NCBI GenBank assembly: GCA_964635995.1
Contig: CAZWRA010000001.1
Coordinates: 226 to 64,225, forward strand
DNA: 64,000 nt
Direction of reading: 5' to 3'
DNA from: an uncultured Candidatus Saccharibacteria bacterium
GTDB lineage: Bacteria > Patescibacteriota > Dojkabacteria > J137
The position numbers were made by a program, and so were the translations under genes. This document shows positions 49,796 through 59,752 of this stretch, in pieces; the stretch's first letter is position 1, and every line of letters begins with the position of its first letter. The notes under the pieces were generated by a model. It was not told the DNA's origin and did not search any database. It saw nothing but the letters and a program-made list of their open reading frames with translations.

Positions 49796-50299
49796 TCAAT
49801 CTAAAATCCTAGCCTCTGTTATAAAATTTGGAGGAAGATTTCCATTTCTTTGTTTTTCCAGAACCGTTTCAATTGAGAGAGGAAGATTTACAGAGATATT
49901 TCTAAATTCATTCAAAAGAGCATTATAAGCCGAATATGATTGAGATGCGTGAGAGCCATCCGAAGGAATTGTTGCAAATATATTTCTTAGGCTTTCAGCT
50001 AATCTATCGGTTGAGGTAAGTAAGGCACTTTTCACTTTCCCTTTTTTCTCATCTACAAAAAGAGTAAAATCTTCAGGATTAAATAAATTTAGTTCCGGAT
50101 TAGTAGTTCTAAAAAAAAGTTTAGTATGTGTTGAAGATAAATAAACTGTGCCATCGTCCAGCATAGTTCCTACTTTTCCTAATACTCCCTGTTCATTATC
50201 ATATGTATAAACCCTGTCTCGAGGTATTTCTATAGTTGCATCTCCAAATCTAACTGTTAAATCATCTGTTGATAATCGTTTGTCTACTAAATCCGTCAT
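49796..50299 (-). CDS. Hypothetical protein (167 aa)
   Basis: No motif. C-terminal …NEFRNISVNLP resembles the N-terminal region of the 91-aa paralogue (…SAFRNDLEYY). Confidence 0.4.
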   Translation of the reverse strand: MTDLVDKRLSTDDLTVRFGDATIEIPRDRVYTYDNEQGVLGKVGTMLDDGTVYLSSTHTKLFFRTTNPELNLFNPEDFTLFVDEKKGKVKSALLTSTDRLAESLRNIFATIPSDGSHASQSYSAYNALLNEFRNISVNLPLSIETVLEKQRNGNLPPNFITEARILD

Positions 50300-50322
50300 A
50301 TTGAAATTATAAAAAATAATTT

Positions 50323-50598
50323 TTATGTCTTTGTAAATTGATTAATTAAATCTTCCGATTCTGTAAGCATATTTTTGTATATTTCAAAATCCTCTCTTAA
50401 ATTTCTAACTAAATCTTTAAATGGTTCAGCTTTTAATGTTTCAGGTATACTGATGTCAAAATCTTCTCCAAGTAATTCTAAAAGTTTTTCAAATCCTTGT
50501 ATTGTTAGTTCATAATATTCTAGATCGTTACGAAAAGCACTAATTGCTTCAGGAGTAATCTTTGCAGGTAGAGTGAACGTTGGGTCTGCTTCTTTCAT
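50323..50598 (-). CDS. Small hypothetical protein (91 aa), paralogue of 49541..49786
   Basis: Shared motif L-x2-(I/L)QG(F/Y)E(K/R)LLE-LG-x-(D/E)FD. Confidence 0.4.
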   Translation of the reverse strand: MKEADPTFTLPAKITPEAISAFRNDLEYYELTIQGFEKLLELLGEDFDISIPETLKAEPFKDLVRNLREDFEIYKNMLTESEDLINQFTKT

Positions 50599-50662
50599 TT
50601 TTAGTCTTCCATGATATGCGTGTAATAGTCCGCTATAAATAGGACCATAAAAGTTTCTAAGT

Positions 50663-51040
50663 TCAGCAACTATATTTTATATATGTGATAACCAGGCATA
50701 TCAATTCTAATTCTTCGTTAAACAAAGGGCTGATCTGTTCTGCGAGTATTTCAACGTCTACTGATAATGCTAAGGATTTTTCACCGGATGGTGTTATCAT
50801 AAGAATGAAATCACTACTAGTAAATGATTTTGCTAATCTTTCTATTGAACTTGTATCCATATCTTGTGATCCTAACATTGACATAGTATGAGAATTAGCA
50901 AGATTTATAAGCGTCCCACCTTTTGCTATAGTTCTTTCCCTAAAAATCTGGAATTGATCTGTAGTAGGATTAGTAACTTGATAAATATCTTCTTGATGAA
51001 TTTGATCATATATTCCTTCGATACCTGTTTCATTTACCAT
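50663..51040 (-). CDS. Hypothetical protein (125 aa), weak resemblance to Roadblock/LC7-type domains
   Basis: Size and alternating hydrophobic pattern only. Low confidence. Confidence 0.35.
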   Translation of the reverse strand: MVNETGIEGIYDQIHQEDIYQVTNPTTDQFQIFRERTIAKGGTLINLANSHTMSMLGSQDMDTSSIERLAKSFTSSDFILMITPSGEKSLALSVDVEILAEQISPLFNEELELICLVITYIKYSC

Positions 51041-51075
51041 TTTAGAATATTATAATTTAACTAATTATATAATTT

Positions 51076-51567
51076 TTATATTAAAGTTTTAATAACATGG
51101 GAAACAACTCCGAAAATCTGGAATTCATCAGTTGTATCGATCTTTATCGGCCTGTAGTTTTCATTTTCTGGAATTAGAAATAACTCTCCATTAACTTTTT
51201 TAACCCTTTTAACTGTAAATTCTCCATCTATTGCAGCTATTACAATTTTTCCATCTGTAATTTCTAAAGATCTATCTATAACTAATAAATCTCCTGGATG
51301 AATGCCAATATTCTTCATTGAGTCACCTTCTGCTCTTACAAAGAATGTAGCTGTTGGATGTTTTATTAAATAGTCGTTTAAATCAAGTTTTCTCTCGATA
51401 AAATCATCTGCGGGGCTTGGGAAACCTGCTTTTACTGAGGTTGCATATAAAGGTATCTTTATAGATTTTGATTGAGTTGGTATAAGTATATTTAGGCTCA
51501 TAAGTCTATGATAGCAGATATCATTGCTTTTCTTCTTCTCCTTTTCTAAAGTAGTAACCAAGCACAA
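51076..51567 (-). CDS. umuD: UmuD-like S24 peptidase (LexA-type self-cleaving domain without DNA-binding HTH)
   Basis: …IPLYATSVKAGFPSPADDFIERKLDLNDYLIKHPTATFFVRAEGDSMKNIGIHPGDLLVIDRSLEITDGKIVIAAIDGEFTVKRV… matches UmuD (cleavage-site region, Ser in GDSM, Lys in TVKR). Confidence 0.8.
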   Translation of the reverse strand: MCLVTTLEKEKKKSNDICYHRLMSLNILIPTQSKSIKIPLYATSVKAGFPSPADDFIERKLDLNDYLIKHPTATFFVRAEGDSMKNIGIHPGDLLVIDRSLEITDGKIVIAAIDGEFTVKRVKKVNGELFLIPENENYRPIKIDTTDEFQIFGVVSHVIKTLI

Positions 51568-51934
51568 ACCCTAACGTTCCTAGAAATACCCCTGAGATTA
51601 AAGGAATTACAACTTCAAGATTATCGATAATGCTCACTTTTCTAGCAAGACCATCTAAAACAACGATACCCATTACAGTAAAGAAAACTAGAAAAGTTAA
51701 AGTCGTATAGATTATTGCTAATCGACTTTTTGTATCTTCTCTTTTAATGAAAATAGGATCCTGATTTTTTGCAGCTATTGTCTCAGAAACTTGAGGAGCT
51801 CCAGCAGCATCTACATAACCTTCTTCATATCCATCACTAAACTCTTCACCTAAAAGTTCCTGATCAAATACCTCATAATCATCAGCTGAACTTGAAGTTT
51901 CTCCTTTTTCGTTTGAAGCTTTAACGTTGCTCAT
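51521..51934 (-). CDS. Membrane protein with acidic N-terminal region, unknown
   Basis: Acidic N-terminal region, two TM helices. Overlaps the umuD-like start by 47 nt. Confidence 0.35.
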   Translation of the reverse strand: MSNVKASNEKGETSSSADDYEVFDQELLGEEFSDGYEEGYVDAAGAPQVSETIAAKNQDPIFIKREDTKSRLAIIYTTLTFLVFFTVMGIVVLDGLARKVSIIDNLEVVIPLISGVFLGTLGFVLGYYFRKGEEEKQ

Positions 51935-52190
51935 TTTTAGGATCTAGATTGAATCTTGGCTTGTAACCTCGAAAGCCGTTAATGATTAACTCCCACTCTG
52001 ACTTAGGATATCTTAAAACAACTTGGTGGCCCAGGGACTTTGCAAGCATGAATACCGCAGCTTTAATAATATCTGAGGGATACTCATTTGTTTTCCTTGC
52101 TAGATCTTTAAGAAGCTCAGAAGTTTCTTCATCTACCGGAGCAACTTTTAAATTCTTCTCTTTAAGCTTTTTTGTAAGCTTTTCAGTCAT
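51921..52190 (-). CDS. Small hypothetical protein (89 aa)
   Basis: ORF only. First gene of the minus-strand run ending at umuC. Confidence 0.3.
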   Translation of the reverse strand: MTEKLTKKLKEKNLKVAPVDEETSELLKDLARKTNEYPSDIIKAAVFMLAKSLGHQVVLRYPKSEWELIINGFRGYKPRFNLDPKNEQR

Positions 52191-52255
52191 CGTTTACAGG
52201 GAATAAGAAATTATTTATACTTACCTTATATTATCATATTATTTTCATTCTCTGG

Positions 52256-52885
52256 ATGAATATAAAAAGATCAGCTTTAGGAGCAATGTACGGAATCTTT
52301 TTCTCAACTGTTCTTGGGTTAATACTTTTAGCAGTTACTATTAACTTCCTTATTCAATCTAGAAATAAAACTGATGATGTTAGTGTTAATTCAATACAGA
52401 CAGTAGATGCTTCAAACACTTTTATTGGAAATCCCGATGTAAAAATACTTCCTGTGTCTGATTCTAAAAGTATTCAAATTGATAATGAAATAGTTAATTT
52501 AGGTCAGTCCTACGAGGTAATGACAAGGTATGGGAATTCAAGAGGAACATTATTTGATTGTTCTGAAGAAAGTTGCGAGATTTATGAAATACTAAGTGAA
52601 TCAGGAAAATACTTTTATATTTCAGCTTTATCAGAAATAAAGCTTTCTGATGCTACAATTGGAAGTGAGGATAGTGTTACATTAGGTAACTACTCCTTAA
52701 AATCTGAAGAACTAAATTTATTTAATTCAGATGTAATAGTTTACAGGCAGGTTTATGGTTGTTTGAGTGAAAAGATTTGTGTTCATTCTGGTTCTTTATA
52801 TATTGACGACCAAAATTTAAATTCAGGAGAATTAAATGAATTTCAGCAATTTTTAAATACATTACAATTTTCAAATGGAGAATAG
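52256..52885 (+). CDS. Membrane-anchored hypothetical protein
   Basis: N-terminal TM (GIFFSTVLGLILLAVTINFLI). Confidence 0.4.
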   Translation: MNIKRSALGAMYGIFFSTVLGLILLAVTINFLIQSRNKTDDVSVNSIQTVDASNTFIGNPDVKILPVSDSKSIQIDNEIVNLGQSYEVMTRYGNSRGTLFDCSEESCEIYEILSESGKYFYISALSEIKLSDATIGSEDSVTLGNYSLKSEELNLFNSDVIVYRQVYGCLSEKICVHSGSLYIDDQNLNSGELNEFQQFLNTLQFSNGE

Positions 52886-53426
52886 CATTTCACAAGATCA
52901 ATATTCAGTTTTACTAGGAGTATTAGCTATAGCAATTATTTCTTTATCAGTTCTAGGCTTTATTGCATACAAACAACAAAAAAGAATTAAATATCTTACA
53001 ACACCTAGATATGGATTTATAGGCAAACCTCTTGCCTTAGCAGTTGTAATGTTAATGGGATTTGGAACGATAGGTGCAATTTATTTGAGACCTGAGCCAC
53101 AACCTGACAGTATTTCTGTAACAGATAGAAATCAAATTGTACTAGAAGTTAAATATACTGAACTTGATGATCCGCTAAATCTATTCGAACTTATAGTTAC
53201 TCCTGTTATTGAAGAAAAAGAATGGGGTGACCCAAGTCTAAACTTTAATGTTATGTGGGAAATAAATAAAGCAGGTAAAACAGTAATTAGAAATGAAGAA
53301 AATCTTAATCTTAGTAATCCTGGTGGAATTCAGGAGTATTTAGAACCAGGATTAAATACTATTAGAGTTGGAGTGAGTGTAGGATTTGTAACTCAGGAAA
53401 AAGTAATAACAATATTTGTTGAGTAA
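52875..53426 (+). CDS. Membrane hypothetical protein
   Basis: Two TM helices. Overlaps neighbours by 11 nt and 1 nt (operon). Confidence 0.4.
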   Translation: MENSISQDQYSVLLGVLAIAIISLSVLGFIAYKQQKRIKYLTTPRYGFIGKPLALAVVMLMGFGTIGAIYLRPEPQPDSISVTDRNQIVLEVKYTELDDPLNLFELIVTPVIEEKEWGDPSLNFNVMWEINKAGKTVIRNEENLNLSNPGGIQEYLEPGLNTIRVGVSVGFVTQEKVITIFVE

Positions 53427-54481
53427 TGACAGAAAAAGAAAAAATAGCTTCTAAAATTAAAGATAGAATAAGCTCTTCTGAAAATATCTTAATAGTATGT
53501 TCTAGGCCAGTTGATCCTGACTCACTAGGATCAGGTCTTACCCTAAACTGGTGGATAAAAGAAAATTATAATAAAGAAACTGATTTAGTTATATTTTCTT
53601 CAATTACTGAAAAATTAAAACACTTTCCTAATCTTAAAGATATTGATGTTTCTCAAGTTAATAATGTTAATTGGGAAAAATATGATTTAATTATTCTTTT
53701 AGATTCTTCTTCTTGGAATTTATTACTTACAAATAACTATAAAAGTGTTTTAGAAAAGACAGGAAAAGACAATTTAATTTCAATTGATCATCATTCGAAA
53801 GATGCTTTTCATTCAGAAGTTCCATTAGCATTAAGAATTGATGATATTTGTACTGCAAAAATTATCTATGATTACTTAATTAAAGATTCCAAAATTAAAT
53901 TAAATGAAGATTCTGCAACATGGATGTATTATGCATTAATTGATGATAGCAGGTATTTCAAAAATGAAATGTATCCTGGAATTTATAGCTTTGCTGAAGA
54001 TCTAATTCAAGCAGGTGCTAGACATGATGAAGTAGTAAACATGAGTACAGACAAAGATAGTATGTTGTTTTTATCCTTTGGAATAGAAAATACTGAATTT
54101 TACCCTGAGTTAGAAACAACTTTATTAGCTATAGATTCAGATAAAAATGAAAAGTTAAAAGAAAAATTTGGTGAAAATTGGAGATTAAAAAGTATTCATA
54201 AATATTATGTTGAAGTGTTTATGAGAATTATAGAAGGCTATAACTATGGAATTATGTTTGAAGAAGCACTTGAAGGAGGAGTAAATACAGGTTGGAGAAC
54301 AAGAAATTATGGAGATAATGTTTCTATTCAAAGGGTACTAGAAAAAATTGGATTTACAGCAGGAGGTCATTTTGGAGCTGGTGGTGGACAAATTAGCAAC
54401 ATTTCTATAGAGGAAGCAAAGCTAAAATTTATAGATGAGATGTCTAAGGCCTTAAAAAATAAAGATCAATATAACCTTTAA
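53426..54481 (+). CDS. nrnA: DHH/DHHA1 phosphoesterase, NrnA-like (nanoRNase / pAp phosphatase)
   Basis: DHH motif (ISIDHHS) and DHHA1 GGGH-type motif (AGGHFGAGGG). Confidence 0.75.
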   Translation: MTEKEKIASKIKDRISSSENILIVCSRPVDPDSLGSGLTLNWWIKENYNKETDLVIFSSITEKLKHFPNLKDIDVSQVNNVNWEKYDLIILLDSSSWNLLLTNNYKSVLEKTGKDNLISIDHHSKDAFHSEVPLALRIDDICTAKIIYDYLIKDSKIKLNEDSATWMYYALIDDSRYFKNEMYPGIYSFAEDLIQAGARHDEVVNMSTDKDSMLFLSFGIENTEFYPELETTLLAIDSDKNEKLKEKFGENWRLKSIHKYYVEVFMRIIEGYNYGIMFEEALEGGVNTGWRTRNYGDNVSIQRVLEKIGFTAGGHFGAGGGQISNISIEEAKLKFIDEMSKALKNKDQYNL

Positions 54482-54522
54482 GATTACTACCTTTCAGACA
54501 GATATTTATGTAAACTAAAAGT

Positions 54523-55776
54523 ATGGAATTTGACTATACAGAGGCTGACATCCTATTAAAAAATGCGCAAAGTTTAGGCATAGATTTAATTGCTTTCTAT
54601 GACGAAGTAGGAAGGTTGATTGCTGAGAAAATAATAGAGAAATATGGGAAAACTAAAAGTTACGCTGTTATTTGTGGGAAAGGTGGTAACTCGGGAGATG
54701 GATTAGCTACAGCTTTTCATTTAAGTTGTATTGGGGCAGAAAATGTAACTGTTTATTTAGCTGGGAGAAAACAACAAATCGAAAGTCAAATTACTCGTGA
54801 TATTTTCTCAGACGTTCTAGAGAGATCAGAAAAGGAGAATAACCTAACTGTTAAACAAGATGTGTTTGCAAAAGATATTGAAAAACATGATGTAATTATA
54901 GAAGCATTGGTTGGAACAGGACTAGAAGGATCAAAGCTTTTAAAAAGATTTAGAGATATTATAAAAAGAGTTGCTCATTTTAGTAAGCCAATTATTGCTA
55001 TTGATCAACCTACCCCACATTACGAACCAGATTCAACTTTCTCACTTTTATATCCAAAGGTTGAAAAAGCTTATGTCATAGATATTAAGCTTCCTAGAGA
55101 AATTGAGCTTTATTGTGGTCCTGGAGAAAGAGAAGCTCTTTGGGTACCTAATACTAAGTCACACTTAAATAAAAATGGAAATCTTTTATATATTGCTCAG
55201 GATGACACTCATAATGAAGCTGTAATTAAAGCATGTGCAGATTATAGAACTAACCTCTCAATTTTCACTTTTGAACACTTGACTGATGAAGTAACTACAA
55301 AGAAGCGAATTAAAGCTAGTGAGTTAGAGCATCTTGTTCAAGAAGCAGATACAATTTTTCTTGGAGATATTAAAAATGAGTTAGTTCAATATGCCTCAAT
55401 TAAACATATTATGCAGCAATATCATGGAAAAACTTGGGTTGTAACAGGATCTTCTGCAACATTAATTGACTTAATTCTTTTAGATTTCGTAGAACATATT
55501 GTTTTTGTAATGGATCTAAAAGACTTAGGTATTCTTCTAGGAAGAAAAGAAAAGAAAGATAAAAATTTTGAAGGAAAAGTTAAGAGATTCTGTATTCAAA
55601 ATAAAGTAAATATAATGTTAGTTGGAAGTAACATAACAATGTATAACCAAAAGGGAGATATGCGAAGAGTGCCTATAAAGGCGGAAAAAAGTGCTTCCTA
55701 TCCTATTGCATCCTACACTGCTGCTTTCAGTACAAAAAATGATCTTTGGCTCTCAATGAGAGCTGTTATGGGTTAG
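54523..55776 (+). CDS. YjeF-N domain protein (NAD(P)H-hydrate epimerase family) with divergent C-terminal domain
   Basis: AVICGKGGNSGDGLATAFHL matches the YjeF_N nucleotide-binding loop. C-terminal half not confidently assignable. Confidence 0.55.
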   Translation: MEFDYTEADILLKNAQSLGIDLIAFYDEVGRLIAEKIIEKYGKTKSYAVICGKGGNSGDGLATAFHLSCIGAENVTVYLAGRKQQIESQITRDIFSDVLERSEKENNLTVKQDVFAKDIEKHDVIIEALVGTGLEGSKLLKRFRDIIKRVAHFSKPIIAIDQPTPHYEPDSTFSLLYPKVEKAYVIDIKLPREIELYCGPGEREALWVPNTKSHLNKNGNLLYIAQDDTHNEAVIKACADYRTNLSIFTFEHLTDEVTTKKRIKASELEHLVQEADTIFLGDIKNELVQYASIKHIMQQYHGKTWVVTGSSATLIDLILLDFVEHIVFVMDLKDLGILLGRKEKKDKNFEGKVKRFCIQNKVNIMLVGSNITMYNQKGDMRRVPIKAEKSASYPIASYTAAFSTKNDLWLSMRAVMG

Positions 55777-55916
55777 TAGTAAATACTCAAATCATAAATT
55801 TAATAAGTTTATTCATTTGTTTAATCATTATCTATCTATATTTATAGTAGAGACTCTATTTAAAATATAATTTATACTCCCAATTCTAGAGCAGAAATAA
55901 GTTCGTTAGTATAAAA

Positions 55917-58900
55917 TTGAGTATTAATAATTTCCATATGGCTGATTTCGTTCACCTACATGTTCATACACAATACTCACTGTTGGATGGTCTAAATCGA
56001 ACAGAGAAACTTTTTGAAAAAGTTAAAAATTCCGGTATGGAAGCTGTTGCAATAACAGATCATGGTGTTTTATACGGTGCTCCTGAATTTTGGAAAATGT
56101 CTAAGGATTTTGATGTTAAGCCAATAATTGGATGCGAAATGTACCTTGCTCCAACAGATATGACCTTAAGATCTGATGTTGATGGAATCAGATATTATCA
56201 TCTTCTTTTAATTGCAAAGAATGACATAGGTTATAAAAATTTAATTAAGCTTGTAACTAAATCCCACATTGATGGAATGTACTATAAACCTAGAATTGAT
56301 TTAGATTTATTAAAGAAGCATTCAGAAGGATTAATTTGTACTTCAGCTTGTCTTGCAGGTCCATTATCGAGATATATTGTAAGAGGTGAGTATGATAAAG
56401 CTGAATGGTGGTTAAAAGAGCTTCATGGAACTTTTAAAGACGATTTTTATCTTGAGATACAAAGAAATGGAATTCGATGTGAGGATGAAATTGATAAAGC
56501 ATTAATAGCTAAGCTACCTATCTCTGAACAAGAAGATCAATTAGAAACATTAAAACAACAAGTTAAGGTAAATAAGAAACTATACGATTACTCAAAACAA
56601 TTTAATATTCCAATTGTAGCAACTACAGATGCTCACTTCTTAGATGCTGATGATAAAGATACTCAGAAGATTCTTTTCTGTATTAGAGATGGAAAAAGTT
56701 TAGATGATCCAAGTGCTATGAATGGATATGTCGAAACATATATAAAAACTCCTGAAGAATTAAAAAAAGATTTTTCTGACATTCCAGAAGTTTTAGAGGA
56801 AACTTTAAAAATAAATGAAAAAATAGAAAAGATAAATTTAAAACCTGATAGAGTTCAACCGCATTATTGGAATTTACCTGAAAATTCTACTGCAAGAGAT
56901 GAACTCTCAAAACAGGTTTATGAAGGAGCTTACAATAAATATACTACTGACGATCCTAAAAAAGACCCTAGCACTTTTTCTATAGACGAAATTAAAAAAC
57001 ACTTACCAGAAGAAATTAAAAAACAACTTGATTATGAATTAATGGTAATTGAGAAAATGGGATACAACAATTACTTCTTAGTTGTTGGAGATTTAATGCA
57101 ATTTGCAAGAAAGAATGAAATTGTTGTTGGTGTTAGAGGATCTGCTGCAGGAAGCTTAGTTTCATATTGTTTAGGCATTACTAATGTTGAACCTCTAAAA
57201 TGGGGGCTGGTTTTTGAAAGATTTCTAAATCTAGAGCGAGCCTCTCCTCCTGATATTGATATGGATATCCAAGACGATAGACGAGAAGAGTTAATTGATT
57301 ATGCTAGAGAAAAATATGGAGAAACATCTGTAGCAGGAATTATTACTTTCGGAAAACTAGCAACAAAAGCTGCTATTAGAGATGTTGCGAGAGTGATGAA
57401 TATTGATTTAGCAACAGCAGACAAACTTTCTAAAAAAGTTATTGTTCTTTTCGGAAAACCATTTACTTTTGAAAAGATGATGGGGGAAGATCCAGAATTT
57501 AAAGAAATGGTAGATTCTGATCCAAGGCTACAAAGGCTTGGTGAAGTTGTAAAGAAAATTGAAGGATTAAATCGACATACTGGAGTGCACGCAGCAGGTT
57601 ACTTAATTACTCCAGGTCCAATCGATGAGTTTATGGCATATCAAAAAGACTTAAAAGATCCAGATCTTTTAGTAACTCAAATGGATGGAACTTGGATCGA
57701 TAAATTAGATTTCATGAAGTTCGACTTTCTTGGACTTAGAACTTTAACTATTATTAAAGATTGTATTCTTTATGTTGAAAAAAGACATGGAATAAAAATT
57801 GACCTAGAAAATATTAATGTAGATCCTGATGAACCTCCTGAAAATTATGATCAAAAGGCTTTTGAAGTATTTAGAAACGGTGAAACAATTGGAGTTTTTC
57901 AGTTTGAGTCTCCTCCGATGCAAAGATATTTAGTAGACCTAAAACCTACAACAATGACTGACATATGTTTTATGGCAGCTGCCTACAGACCTGGACCTAT
58001 GGCTTACATTCCAGATTATATTAAGATTAAAAATGGAGATAAAGAAGCTAATTATTTAATTCCTGAACTTGAACCAATATTAAAAGCAACTCTTGGCTTT
58101 CCAGTTTATCAGGAACAACTTCTACAAATCTGTATGCAACTTGGAGGATTTACTCTTGGAGAAGGAGATGTAATTAGAAATGCACTTAAGAAAAAACAAT
58201 TAGACATATTAAAAGAAAAAGAAGAGGACTTTAAAAAGTACTTTGTCGAAAATTATTCTCAATATGGAGAGGAAATTGCAAGCGAAATCTGGAAACAGCT
58301 TGAGCCTTTTGCATCTTACGGATTTAATAAGGCTCACGCTGCTAGTTATGCTGCTGTAGCTTACTGGTGCGCATATCTGAAAGGGAACTACCCACTAGAA
58401 TTCATGACAGCATTAATGCATGCGGATATTGAAAACACAGATAGAATTGTTATTGATATTGGTGAAGCAAAGAGACTTGGATATAAAGTTTTACCTCCAA
58501 ACATAAACATGTCTGATGTGTATTTTAATCCTGAAGGAAAAGATGGAATTAGGTTCGGATTAGGAGCAATAAAAAATGTTGGTAAAAAGCTATGTGAAAA
58601 AATAATTAGAGAAAGAAATCAAAGAGGTGAGTTTAAACATTTTGATGATTTTGTTTATCGAGTTGGAAGTAAAAATATTAATAAAAGAGCTGTTGAATGT
58701 TTAATTAAAGCTGGAGCATTGGATGATTTTGGAGATAGAAATGCGCTTTTAAAAATATGCTCAGAAGTTTTTGAAAAAATATCAGCTAAAGAAAAAGCAA
58801 AAGAAGTAGGCCAAGCTGGACTATTTAGTGTCGAGAGCGAACATGATGGTCTTGAGCAAGTGGACAAAACTCCCTTTCCATCATTTACTGATGCAACTGA

Positions 58901-59510
58901 TAGAGAAAAAATAGAATGGGAAAAAGAGTTAATGGGTGTATTTGTCTCAACACATCCTTTACAGAATTTTATTTGGGCACCACTACTAGAAAATCTTTCA
59001 AAAACTTCAGATATCGAAAAACTTAGAACAGGGGATAAAGTAAAGTTACTTGGAATGTTTAGCAATATTAAAGTTTTAAGAACTAAGGCTAAGAACGAAC
59101 AAATGGCTATACTTCTTATCGAAGATCTTGAACAAACTTGCAGTGCTGTTATCTTTCCAAAAATTTTTAAAACTTTAAACGATCTTAGACTTGTTGTTGA
59201 AGCAAGACCTTTTATTATTGAAGGCACTGTAAATGAAAGAGATGAAGAAAAAACGATAATTATTGATAAGATAGAGCCTGCCAATATTTTAATTCCTCCA
59301 AAGAAAGTTGAGCTAGATTTAAGGGATTTTAAAGAAAAAGAAAAGTTATTAGAGTTAAAAGAATGCTTTGAGAGAACATCTACTGGTGATAATAGTATTA
59401 ATGTAATGATAAAGTATGGATCGAAAAACAATGTAAAAGTTTTGGAGCGATCAATAAACTTTAATGACGAAAAGTCAGTGGCTATTGTTTCTAAATTTAT
59501 TTCTCGTTAA
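55917..59510 (+). CDS. dnaE: DNA polymerase III alpha subunit (probable start at MADFVHLHVHT, 55938)
   Basis: PHP domain FVHLHVHTQYSLLDG, polymerase core and C-terminal OB region. About 1190 aa. Confidence 0.95.
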   Translation: MSINNFHMADFVHLHVHTQYSLLDGLNRTEKLFEKVKNSGMEAVAITDHGVLYGAPEFWKMSKDFDVKPIIGCEMYLAPTDMTLRSDVDGIRYYHLLLIAKNDIGYKNLIKLVTKSHIDGMYYKPRIDLDLLKKHSEGLICTSACLAGPLSRYIVRGEYDKAEWWLKELHGTFKDDFYLEIQRNGIRCEDEIDKALIAKLPISEQEDQLETLKQQVKVNKKLYDYSKQFNIPIVATTDAHFLDADDKDTQKILFCIRDGKSLDDPSAMNGYVETYIKTPEELKKDFSDIPEVLEETLKINEKIEKINLKPDRVQPHYWNLPENSTARDELSKQVYEGAYNKYTTDDPKKDPSTFSIDEIKKHLPEEIKKQLDYELMVIEKMGYNNYFLVVGDLMQFARKNEIVVGVRGSAAGSLVSYCLGITNVEPLKWGLVFERFLNLERASPPDIDMDIQDDRREELIDYAREKYGETSVAGIITFGKLATKAAIRDVARVMNIDLATADKLSKKVIVLFGKPFTFEKMMGEDPEFKEMVDSDPRLQRLGEVVKKIEGLNRHTGVHAAGYLITPGPIDEFMAYQKDLKDPDLLVTQMDGTWIDKLDFMKFDFLGLRTLTIIKDCILYVEKRHGIKIDLENINVDPDEPPENYDQKAFEVFRNGETIGVFQFESPPMQRYLVDLKPTTMTDICFMAAAYRPGPMAYIPDYIKIKNGDKEANYLIPELEPILKATLGFPVYQEQLLQICMQLGGFTLGEGDVIRNALKKKQLDILKEKEEDFKKYFVENYSQYGEEIASEIWKQLEPFASYGFNKAHAASYAAVAYWCAYLKGNYPLEFMTALMHADIENTDRIVIDIGEAKRLGYKVLPPNINMSDVYFNPEGKDGIRFGLGAIKNVGKKLCEKIIRERNQRGEFKHFDDFVYRVGSKNINKRAVECLIKAGALDDFGDRNALLKICSEVFEKISAKEKAKEVGQAGLFSVESEHDGLEQVDKTPFPSFTDATDREKIEWEKELMGVFVSTHPLQNFIWAPLLENLSKTSDIEKLRTGDKVKLLGMFSNIKVLRTKAKNEQMAILLIEDLEQTCSAVIFPKIFKTLNDLRLVVEARPFIIEGTVNERDEEKTIIIDKIEPANILIPPKKVELDLRDFKEKEKLLELKECFERTSTGDNSINVMIKYGSKNNVKVLERSINFNDEKSVAIVSKFISR

Positions 59511-59752
59511 TTTTTGCCTTTATTAAAAGAATTACAATTTCATCTTTCTTACTAGGAATATCTTGCCAGACACACTTTAATCCCGAGAAGTCTGCTTTAT
59601 TCTTAACTTCTTTCGTTTTTATCTGGTACTTAGGATAGTTTTTACAAGAAACTCAGCGTGATCTAAACCCCCTCAATGAAAAACCGCTTGGAAGTAATTA
59701 TTTGTAACTTTTAGTTTTACTATTTTAATTTTATGACGACTTCTTAAAATGT

